DNA from: Chiloscyllium plagiosum
Taxonomy: Eukaryota
Length of the DNA stretch: 20,000 bases
Direction of reading: 5' to 3'
NCBI RefSeq assembly: GCF_004010195.1
Contig: NC_057718.1
Location: 52,011,468-52,031,467, forward strand
The number at the start of each line of letters is the position of its first letter. Positions within the stretch are counted from its first letter, which is position 1. Shown one piece after another: positions 10,427 through 20,000 of this stretch. The position numbers and the translations under genes were made by a program. The notes beneath the pieces were generated by a model, which saw nothing but the letters and a program-made list of their open reading frames with translations, had not been told where the DNA came from and did no database searches.

Positions 10427-10699
10427 CTTTATCTAAAGGGTAAGAATTCATTGGGCTGCCACAGGTGGTGACTTTGTGGGTCTTCGGTTAGCTGTTATAC
10501 CCTATACTCTATCCTCCAAGATAATGGCAGAGTAGGAGGCCTGAACCGGAGCTCGTCTGCTCTGCCCGTTGCTTTCCTATTTTTCTCTCTTTTCGCTTTA
10601 TCTTACCTTTTTCTTTTCACTGTCTGTCCTTGGGCAACATCTGCAATGTCCAAGGTGAAATCCATCGTGAACTCCCGGCCTCAGCCTGGACTCTGACTC

Positions 10700-10874
10700 C
10701 AGGCAGATGGATGGCATCAACAGGCCTTTTTAAGTGACCCAATGGGCCAGTTACTTGTGGTAGGTGCCACCAAACATACTCCCTGCATTTTACTCCCACC
10801 CAAGTGAAAGTGCCTTAGAGGCAGCACCATAGCAGGAGAGCTGCAAACCAGCCAGTGGGGGTAAAATCAGGCCC
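10700..10874. mobile_element. Probable terminal segment of a PIF/Harbinger-derived element
   Basis: Ends in gtaaaatcaggccc (reverse complement GGGCCTGATTTTAC), a GGGC-type terminus. The flank is not a clean TWA, and no partner TIR was found. Confidence 0.4.
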
Positions 10875-11934
10875 ATCTAGTTTTATATCTGCAGCCATTT
10901 GAATATTTGGATCTTTTAGCTCCCTGATCAGCAATTAAAGTTTCACACTAATTTTCAATTTTGCAATACTTTAATTGTCCCATGTCCCAGCATTAATGTG
11001 AACTAATTATTTCTCACTGAGGTGATCACCCTCAAATTTGCACAATTTAAAAATGTTGACCTCTGTAAGGCCCAGATAAGCAGTTCAAAACAATTGTTGC
11101 AATCAGGAGGAAAATATGTCAGGTCAACATTATAATTGTAAGGGGAAGTTTCAGGTGCACCTCCATTAACAAAAGCATTCACTGGAAATTCAGGGAGTCC
11201 AATTCAGCCAGAGTATTAGTCTGCACCTGGATTTTAAGTATGTGTTCTTCTTGGTTCAGAAAATGACTTTTAATCAATCTTTAAAAATGTTTTATGGCCA
11301 ATACTTTGTCACAGAAAATAGTTTTGCTAATACTAAGTATTCTTATAAAATATATGAAGCTGAGTTTTTTTCCTTTGAGAGTCCTGATCCTACTATCAGT
11401 GTTGGGATACAAAGGCCAATTTTTGAGGAGGTTGAACAAGAGATCTTCCAGCACTAACAAATTACCAGCTTCACCAGCCAAATTCTGATGGAAGTACACG
11501 GACCAGAAACATTCTGCAGAACATTCGGCCTTCTCTGTGATGAGCTTGGAGGTGGGACAGTGTACTTTAATAACATACCTTTATCACGTGTTTTGATACA
11601 ACACTATGACTTTAGAATCAAGAGAGACTGATCAAGGCAAAGCCAAGCATTCTTTTCAGAGTGAGACTTCGAAATAATACTATCTATTATATTTTTATAA
11701 TACGGCTACATGTGGTATCAGAGACATACCGAACTCTAATCTCATATCTGGATGAGATAAGGTCTATTGCATCTTCTTTGCCTGTCCATGTGCTACTGTG
11801 AGTCTTCCAATATATGGGGTGTACCAATGCTGCCCATGTGGTGCTATATAGACTCAGTGATGTGCAGCTCTGTGACATCATTGCAAAGTTGCTCCAGGTT
11901 CTTGGAACCCTCACACAACAACTGCCATCTTCTC

Positions 11935-12365
11935 ACTTCCAGCAGAATGAAGTCAGGAGTAGGAAGGCCCATGTTCCCTGCCAGCCAATAATTGAGGCCC
12001 TTCAGTAGCCAATTATTGAGTACTTCAGGGCTTCACCCTGTTGCCGCTGATATTAACCCAGATGCACCTCTTGCCATACAGCTGGTACTGGGGTTAAAAC
12101 CATGCGGCCAACTTGTTACCTACTTTGGAGAGGGTGGAGGTCCTCAAGCAAAAGCCCTCTGTGCCCGATTGAGAGGTCTAGCAGCCCGCTGAGTGCTGAG
12201 CCTTAGCCTTTGCATCTCTCTCTCCCTGCAACATGCACTGCATGAAAGCACCAGTATTTATCTGGAGCCTGGATCGCACTGGATTTTGGTGCTAGGTGAT
12301 AGAGCTGCCCCGATGGCGTTGTTGAGCTGCCAGCATATGATTGGACAGCAGCTCTTGGTAGAAAG
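11935..12365. mobile_element. Old GC-richer dispersed repeat, probably non-autonomous Harbinger-derived
   Basis: Motifs aattgaggccc and (minus) gagctgctgtccaatcatatgctggcagctc are shared with 16659-16735 (ccaattgaggg; gtgctgctggccaatccaattagtcaacagctg). Confidence 0.4.
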
Positions 12366-13820
12366 GACCTTCATCCTCGACATCCTGCTTCAAGTGAAAG
12401 GCCTATTGCTGCCTGTTTAGCTCATTATTTGACAGTCCTTCCTGTAAAGAGGCAACACTGATTTGCTAGTCAGCAAGCACTTTTCCTGATGCCTACAATG
12501 TTTTTCTGTATTTTCAGCTTTTTCAGTTTTTATTCCAGACTTGCACCACCCATGTATTCCGCTTATGTATCAGTAGAAACATTCTAATCTTTGGTGTAAT
12601 GTATAAACTTTATTTAATCCTTTGTCACAAATTTGATTAAGAAAACTAGCAATTGACACTTAGTCAGAAACTGAATTCACTCTGACCATAGGGTGAGAGA
12701 ATTTCTGAAGTTTGTTTTTGAAGTTTACTTTCAATCAAATAAAATAAAATTACTCACTCTAAAACCAAGTAGTATTTTGCATTGCCTAAAGCAATTAGAC
12801 AAGATGAAAACATAATTTGCCATACATGACCTTTATAACTTTGGTTTGTTTTAAGTTTGGCAAAAAAAGACAAGCTATTGCTTTGTCCAGGGTCTTACTG
12901 CGTTCAAGCAACATTCTCATAACCACAAACACTAGAACATAATCATCAAAGAGACTTAAAATTTGGAGATAGTGAAAACCTTTTACGAACATTACAAATT
13001 TCAATAAAATGAATTAGCATTGCCTGGAGATTTTTTAATTGTCTGAAATATCTGTTACCTTGTTTGAGACAAATGATTAAAGAAATAAAATAATATTACA
13101 TGAGGATACTATGACATTGATCTTAGCACGGAAATCAGGCTGGAAGTTTCTTGTCCCCAGGAGATGAACAGGGAGGGACTGTGTACCAGGATCAAATAAT
13201 TTCACCCAGGGAGACGGACTGACAAGTTACATATGCAAAGGGAATAATAAAGGTCAGCCTACTTCTGCTGTCAGCATTTTGTTCAGTGTAGTTTTACCTT
13301 CCATTGTGTAAGGAGACCACCAGTTAAATGGAGCTAGGCTGCAGAAGGGAATGGGCAAGTCTTTGCAAGTAAAGTGGGAGTCCTGCCAATGAAAAACAGT
13401 CCCTGTGCACCTTGTGATTTCCTTGGAGGACCCTTAATCCTATTGCTTTGTTCATACCACTTGGTGCCTTTAAGCTTTACTCTTTTTCCCCATTTATTTC
13501 AATAATGCCATGTATTCAAGCAAGGGACAAGAAGTTTGCGCCAAAATAATCTTAACCTTTTAAAAAGGCTAGAATAATTTTCATCTGATTTGTTAACGAT
13601 TTCCTTTTCATTGGAAGCATAAGATTGGAATGTGTTCCACTGTGTTGGAATTGTTTCTGATTTGTACAAGGCTACATCGAGATTTGTATATCATCCAGCT
13701 ATGGGCTGAAAGGCACAAAGGAGCACTCACAGCACACAACTGCAAACTTGATAAATAGGAACTCCAACCAAATTTTATTGAATGTTAATGAGACAATAGT
13801 CTCTGTCATTATTCACCAAA

Positions 13821-14125
13821 TAACAACAGATTGCATTTATGCAGCATCTTTAAAATAGTAACCTATTGAAAAGCTTTCCACCAAAGTGTTATCAAACAAA
13901 ATTTTACATCTAGCCACATAAGGAGATATCAGGGCAGACAACTAATAGCTTAAATCATCTCGCAGAATGGCAAAGAGGCGGAGATGTTTAGAAAGTCAAT
14001 TTCAGATGTACAGTCACAAATTAAAAGGATGGCCAGCAAGAGTAAAATTGGCACTGTGCCAGAGGCTAATATTGTAGGAATACAATTAGGTCAGAACATT
14101 AAAAGGTTGGAAGACCTGAGAGCCC
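13821..14125 (-). mobile_element. L2 LINE 3' fragment
   Basis: aacaacagattgcatttatgcagcatcttt...gtgttatcaaacaaaattttacatctagccacataaggagatat matches the reverse complement of a recalled shark L2 3' end. Confidence 0.65.
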
Positions 14126-14360
14126 TGAAATAAGAATCTGCACACAGATTCAGATGTGGGAAGGTCTTTGTACACCTACGTTGGAAGACAGGGTTCTTCA
14201 GGCAGCAGCATCTGTGGCTGGATGAGCAATTCTCTCAAGGAGACCCTCTCCTCACCCTAAATGTGGCAGGGATATAAAAAAGGCAACAAAAAAAAATTGG
14301 TGTTTCACTTTCTAACTCAGGAAAGAGCAACCTATGAATCCTGTACTCAAGTTCTGGCAT

Positions 14361-14633
14361 GGGCGGCACAGTCGCTCAGTGGTTAGTCAGAGATTCAGGT
14401 TCGATTCCACCCTCGAGTGACTGTGCAAACTCCACACGTTCTCCCTGTGTCTGCATGGATTTCATCCGAGTGCTCCAGTTTCCTCCCACAGTCCAAAGAT
14501 GTGCAAGCCAGGTAGATTAGCCATGGGAATTCTAGGGTGAGAGGGATAGGGTAGGAGTGTGGGTCTGGGTGGACTACGTTTTGAAGGATTGGTATGGACT
14601 TGATGGGCCAAATGGATGCTATGATTCTATGAT
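14361..14633 (+). mobile_element. tRNA-derived V-SINE (HE1-like)
   Basis: A-box-like TCGCTCAGTGG (14372-14382) and B box GGTTCGATTCC (14398-14408). V-domain gtgctccagtttcctcccacagtccaaagatgtgca. CR1-like tail gggccaaatgg...ctatgattctatgat. Confidence 0.9.
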
Positions 14634-14811
14634 CCAAAACCTCGTGCGATATCTTGCCCCATGTTTGAATAACTGAGTTGAGAAATAGCCTGTTTAGTCA
14701 CATGAAATCTGGAGTACACGTCAACCTCTAATCACTATACAGATATCAACAGCTTTTTATATGTTATAGATACATTTGCTTAGTTGCCTTGATCTCTATC
14801 AATTAAAGAAA

Positions 14812-15000
14812 TCTAACATCCAGTGATAATCAGCAGGTCTGCAGCATCTCTGGTGTGCAAAGCCAGAGTTACCACTTTAAAGTTGTGACCAAAAAAAAAC
14901 ACACACCTCTCTTCTTTTCTCTCGACACAGGCATCACCTGAAGTTCTAACAGTATTTTCTATTTTTTCTTTACAATTTTCAGCATTTGCAGTATTCTGTT
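14812..15000. mobile_element. Degraded palindromic short element, probably Penelope-terminus-derived
   Basis: tcagcaggtctgcagcatctctgg...agagtt at the left and ...ttttcagcatttgcagtattctgtt at the right resemble a common shark fold-back repeat. A similar tail remnant lies at about 12500-12570. Confidence 0.45.
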
Positions 15001-15194
15001 CTTGTGTTTCAGTGAGAGTAGGGATCAGACCCAAAGTGCTGGGTTTCTTTTTAGGTCAACATCTCTGTTAATGTTATTTTATCGTGACTAGCCGCATTTC
15101 AGATTCTTAAAGTCACAACAAATACAGCATGGATCGAAAATCAGGGATGTTGACCATCTGATCCCTACTCTCACTGAAACACAAGAATAGAATA
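14992..15194. repeat. Near-perfect inverted repeat: 38-bp outer arms plus 14-bp inner arms
   Basis: 14992-15029 versus 15157-15194 is 37/38 complementary. 15054-15067 versus 15142-15155 is 13/14 complementary. Confidence 0.95.
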
Positions 15195-16534
15195 TCTTTA
15201 TCTGTTTCATGTCTGTGAGTTTTAGTTGAATTAAAAGAGAGCGGATTTAGTCTCACTGTCAGTTATCAACAGGCTGCAAACATCAAGATGTCTGCACTTT
15301 ATAAGGTATGATGTGAATAACAGACTATAATTACAATGTCATATGGAAATAAAGCACACATTATCAAACAGTAGCTCACTAGCATTATGAGTTGTTCTTC
15401 AATATGTAGTCAAAGTGCCACAAACAAACATTCTTGGAACTCCAGAAGAAAAATACTTTAATGATTATTTTTGGTTAAGTCAAGTTCTACTTCCCTCTTC
15501 CTGTATGCCTAATTTGAAGGACTGACCACCAGTAACTGAATCTATCATCTAGTGAATAGAAATCTTTATTTATTCATGGTTAATTTTGTTCTTGTAACTA
15601 CAATAATAACTTTTCCAGCATCAACTCCTCAGAGCAACTTATACATCAGCATGGGTCAATAAAGTTTAATTATACACCGGTCTCAATGAGAGGAACTGGC
15701 CACCTCTGCAAAGTTACAGTGAGCATGCCCAAAGGGAGACAAAATGAATCAGAGGTGTAATTCATCTATACCAGTTGATGCCTGCAACTTGGATCAGACT
15801 CTTGGTACTGCAGACTAATACACAAGTATTGATCCATCAGAATATCAGGTCTCAGGCAATAATATTTCAATACTTCTGGATTGTGAAGGAAAATTTAGGC
15901 AGATGACTGGAAGGGTTTCTGCACATAGAGAAGTACTTGGCAAGATATTTCTCTTGAAAGAGGCAGAGAATAGAGGAAAACTGTGGGGCTTGTAAGGTTC
16001 TCTGTTATTGTTTTGTACTGATGTTTACATCCCTGTCATTAACCCAGCTGAAAAGGCCACCAAGAACCACAGCCTGGCTCTTGCTTGTTATCTGTACATG
16101 ACAACAGTAATGGAGGAAGTAAAGTGTTAGAAAGTTTGTATGCAGACTGGAGCAGCACAGTTTTCATCACAAACTATCCAAGAACGACAAATGATGAAAC
16201 CAAAATAGATACTTGAAAGTACCATTCTTACAACAACATAAAGAGTGGTGAGATGAGTGCTATCTATTTCGCCCTGAGTTGGTTGCAACAATTTTTTTTT
16301 TCTTTATAGTATGTACTGACACCACATTTCAATGAAAACAAAAACCTGGTTAAAATTACAGAAGAAATTAATAGGTTCATGGACTGAAAGAGGAATTTTA
16401 TTATTAAATCTGAGGAGAAACAACAGAATACAATATTATACCAATGTTTGTGTGTGTGGGTCTAATGTTTAAAAGCAGGAAGGTGCACAAAGAAATAAAG
16501 GGTATCCAGTATCCTCATCCATAACAAAATTGAT

Positions 16535-16800
16535 AGGATCTGAAAATTACTGAGCTGGGACGACTGCTGGCCCATTTGCAAGGGAAGTCAACAGCAAGCT
16601 GACAAATCAGAAAGAAGCCCACTCCTAGCCATAATGTGTTGGAGGCAAACAGAATTGTCCAATTGAGGGACTTTCACCCCTCACTAGAGAGATGCCACCT
16701 TGCGTGCTGCTGGCCAATCCAATTAGTCAACAGCTGTAGCAGAATATAGTGCCACAAGCTCATTAGTGGACATTGCCGGTACTGCAGGCAGGACTTAAAG
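16535..16800. mobile_element. Old dispersed repeat, probably the same family as 11935-12365
   Basis: Shared short motifs as noted for 11935-12365. Boundaries approximate. Confidence 0.35.
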
Positions 16801-17639
16801 AAATTAGAAATAATCCCGGAATGAACAAACTTCCATCTACTGGGTCATTGAGGGTTTGGAAAGCTCAAGGAGGGAAGCAAAGATGGGGGTTAAGAGAGCA
16901 AGTGCATGCAAAAGAAAGGGAGCATGTCTTCAGCAGGGTACACCCAATGTGCAAATAGCAAATGCTTTCCCTTCCTCCTGTTTTATACACTTACTTTTTG
17001 AAAAAAAACTTGCCCAATCCTCCCCAGCTGCTTGCACCAAACATACTTTGACGGGGGCAAACCATTGTCAGGATAAATTGAACTTTCAATAAACTCAGTT
17101 GATTTGTAATTAATTACATAAATATAGTGGGTTGTTTGCTAATTTCAACACTTTCCCACCTCTGTATTGTGGGGGTGAGAGGGAAAGTGGTGTGCAGACT
17201 ACCTGCCCTATATTACAGGCATAGCCACCAAAAACTGAGGAAATAACTAATATCAAGCCTATAGTTCATTTGTGCATTCTCAATGGTTCCATTGTCCTTG
17301 TGAGTGGGATACTGCAGGCAACTTTCATGCACAATATGTGCAACATTCACATAAATTTGAGTTGCTTGATACCTGACTCAGTCATCTGCTTTCCATTGCT
17401 TTAGATGAAATGATAATTTCACTGCAGACAATTTTGTTTATTCCACATTAGTCTCTTGAACTTGTCTAAAATTATGGTCACTCGGTCACGGTCATCATTT
17501 AAGTCCATGTTTCATCCTTTTGAAACAATTATTTTAGTCCATGAACGTGTCAGATAAGAAAATCAAATGACAGAAGTTGAATAATTATTGTCCTTTTTTA
17601 ACACGTCATGACATTGTCAGAACAGATTTACTAATTTTG

Positions 17640-18095
17640 TGACATTAAACCCAGACCCAAAAAACACTCTCAGGTGGATGTGAAAGATACCCTGGCACTA
17701 TTTCAAAGAGGAGCAGTGGAGTTATCAGTTGTATCCTGACCAATATTTATCTCTCAAGCATCAGTATCTCTATCCTGAAGAATTCCTTCTACAAAAAGCA
17801 GTGGAATCTGTATCATTGAATATATCCAAGGCTAAGTTAGGCACAGTTTTGAGCTACAAAGCAATCAAAGGATAGGGAACAAGGCAGGAGAGTGGATTTA
17901 AGGCCACAACCAGACCAATTATGATTTTATTGAACTGTGGAGCTAGCTTGTGGTTATGTTTCTAAAGATCTTGAGGTGAAATCGTTATTTGTGGCAGCTT
18001 GTAGTGTACAAATTGGCTGCCTCATTTCCCCGAATGACAACAGTGACTACAGTTTGTAAGTATTTAATTGACTGCAACACATTTTGAGGTGTCCA
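17640..18095 (+). mobile_element. Deu-domain SINE (SacSINE1/AmnSINE1-like), split by a CR1 fragment
   Basis: ctctcaggtggatgtgaaagataccctggcactatttcaaagaggagcag...tcctgaccaatatttat (to about 17760) matches the recalled Deu core. It resumes at about 17980 with tgtggcagcttgtagtgtacaaattggctgcc...acaacagtgactaca. Confidence 0.8.
17775..17965 (+). mobile_element. CR1 3' fragment nested in the Deu-SINE
   Basis: gaattccttctacaaaaagcagtggaatctgtatcattgaatatatccaaggctaagttag...ggccacaaccagacc...ttattgaa resembles the end of CR1 ORF2 and its 3' UTR. Confidence 0.65.
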
Positions 18096-18563
18096 GTGAT
18101 CAGTCAGTCAACCTGTCTTTACATCTTCCTTTCAGGAAAGGAAAGATAACTCACAGTAAAGTTAGTTAATTTACCATACTGTAGATCAGGTCACCCCTAT
18201 AATTAATGCTCCCTGCCATCCTTCACACTCTTTTTAAGTAATTTCACTATTGCCAAAAATACAAAATTTTGCAACAGAGGTGAAAAAGTGCACAGGTTTG
18301 AAAGAGCGCTTCAGTCCCCCCATGCATCTTTCAAGCTCTCAAAACTGTTTATACGTTTGCTAAACTTCACCTCTCAACCACATCCAGACTAAATCACATT
18401 CCCACATTACCTCTGTGCCCACTGAACCATGTATCCTTCATTCTCACACACACTCAGTATGCACCATCTACAGTTCTGATATCATGTGACAGCAAGGTGT
18501 ATTATTTTTAAATGACTGGAAAAAACATTCAACTTCTAAAATTCTAAGTAAACTCTGAACTCA

Positions 18564-18790
18564 GAATCAAAGAATTATTAGCATGTAAGAGGCCACTCAG
18601 CCCACGTGTCTGCACCGGTTCTATTATCTAGTGCCAATCACCTGCCTTTTCCCCATGTCACTGCATACCATTTATATCCAAATAGTCATCCAATGCCCTC
18701 TTAAATGCCTCGGTTGAACTTTCCATACCCGAACCACTTGGTGTGTGAAAATGTTCCTTTGTCTGCGCATCACTTTACATCTATGTCACT
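18564..18790 (-). mobile_element. CR1 3' fragment
   Basis: agaatcaaagaatt...gaggccactcagccc...cctgccttttccccat...ccaatgccctcttaaatgcctc is the reverse complement of a CR1 3' end. Confidence 0.65.
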
Positions 18791-18947
18791 ATTTTTGATA
18801 ATGGACCATAAAAAAAACTCAATGGGATACTAAAATTTTGTACTTTAAGGGCGTAATTGGTTTTCACATAAACAAGAAAACGTATTTTAAAAAGCTTGAG
18901 CCTTCATAACACAATAGCTATCATAATGAGCTTCCAGATCCTCTAAC

Positions 18948-20000
18948 AGAAGAGTCAGAAAGTCAGAGAGATGTACAGCATAGAAACAGATCCTTCATTC
19001 CAACCCATCCATGCCGACCAGATATCCCAACCCAATCTAATCCCACCTGCCAGCACCTAGCCCATATCCCTCGAAACCCTTCCTATTCATATACACACCC
19101 AAATGTCTCTTAAATGTTGCAATGGTACCAGCCTCCACCACATCCTCTGGCAGCTCATTCCATACACGTACCACCCTCTGCTTGATAACGTTGCCCCTTA
19201 GGTCCCTTTTATATCTTTCCCCTCTCACCCTAAACCTATGCCCTCGAGTTCTGGACTCCCTGACCCCAGGGAAGAAAACTTTATCTATTTATCCTATTCA
19301 TGCCACTCATAAATTTGTAAACCTCTATAAGGTCACCCCTCAGCCTGTGACGCTCCAGGGAAAACAGCCCCCAGCCTGTTCAGCCTCTCTCTGTAGCTCA
19401 GATCCTCTAACCCTGGCAACATCCTTGTAAATCTTTTCTGAACCCTTTCAAGTTTCACAATATCTTTCCGATAGGAAGGAGACCAGAATTGCATGCAATA
19501 TTCCAACAGTGGCCGAACCAATGTCCTGTACAGCTACAACATGCTCTCCCAACTTCTGTATTCAATACTCTGACCAATAAAGGAAAGCATACCAAACGCC
19601 TTCTTCACTATACTATCTACCTGTGACTCCACTTTCAAGGAGCTATGAACCTGCACTCCAAGGTCTCTTTGTTCAGCAACACTGTATAGGTCCTTGCCAT
19701 TAAGTGTATAAGTCCTGCTAACATTTGCTTTCCCAAAGTGCAGCACCTCGCATTTATCTGAATTAAACTCCATCTGCCACCTCTCAGCCCATTGGCCCAT
19801 CTGATCAAGATCCTGTTGTAATCTGAGGTAACCCTCTTCGCTGTCCACTACACCTCCAATTTTGGTGTCATCTGCAAACTTACTAACTGTACCTCTTATG
19901 CTCGCATCCAAATCATTTACGTAAATTACAAAAAGTAGAGGACCCAGCACCGATCCTTGTGGCACTCCACTAGTCACAGGCCTCCAGTCTGAAAAACAAC
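18948..20000 (-). mobile_element. Relatively young CR1 LINE, 3' 1 kb of ORF2 and tail, extending beyond the window
   Basis: TSGVPQGSVLGPLLFVIYVNDLD...SKFADDTKIGG...WQMEFN..KCEVLHFG, VRPLLEYCMQFWSP and WNELPEDVVEAGTI. In-frame TAG at 19534-19536 and a +1 frameshift in the C-run at 19368-19372. Octamer-like tail at about 18948-18972. Confidence 0.97.

Noticed and set aside
11767..12441. Chain of plus-strand ORFs and a minus-strand acceptor-like site at 12441
   Set aside because: All three minus frames stop within 13 codons of the acceptor. The region overlaps an old dispersed repeat and the peptides are unrecognisable.
14361..14410. tRNA gene-like A and B boxes
   Set aside because: No cloverleaf and the anticodon arm region is missing. 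It is the head of a SINE.
15032..15040. CAAAGTGCT, the miR-17/93 family 5' sequence (also Alu-like cccaaagtgctggg)
   Set aside because: Only a short match. The rest of the mature miRNA and a pre-miRNA-sized hairpin are absent, and there is no Alu context.
17475..17494. Three GGTCA half-sites resembling a nuclear-receptor element
   Set aside because: The half-sites lack the 5' purine. More likely local slippage.
1..20000. CRISPR arrays, rRNA, operons or prokaryotic defence systems
   Set aside because: No regularly spaced direct repeats and no gene-dense coding sequence. This is vertebrate repeat-rich DNA.

Overview
AT-rich, CpG-depleted eukaryotic DNA, intergenic or intronic, with no protein-coding exon I can support. 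The repeats (HE1-type V-SINE, Deu-domain SINE, several CR1 LINEs, L2, Rex1/Babar, Penelope-like elements, PIF/Harbinger and Tigger relics) point to a cartilaginous fish, probably a shark. That assignment, and all family calls, rest on recalled consensus sequences and not on a database search. Every ORF I can recognise is a transposon relic. The best-supported special structures are: (1) a Penelope-like insertion (2512-3979) with a 12-bp target-site duplication and inverted pseudo-LTRs, each carrying a minimal hammerhead ribozyme, with one copy intact; (2) an unexplained near-perfect 38+14 bp fold-back at 14992-15194; (3) a decayed Harbinger Myb/SANT gene next to a Rex1 insertion; (4) several small rearrangements inside repeats. 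I see no convincing wholly new biological system: Penelope hammerheads are a known class. There are two assembly gaps (2829-2858 and 3061-3665).
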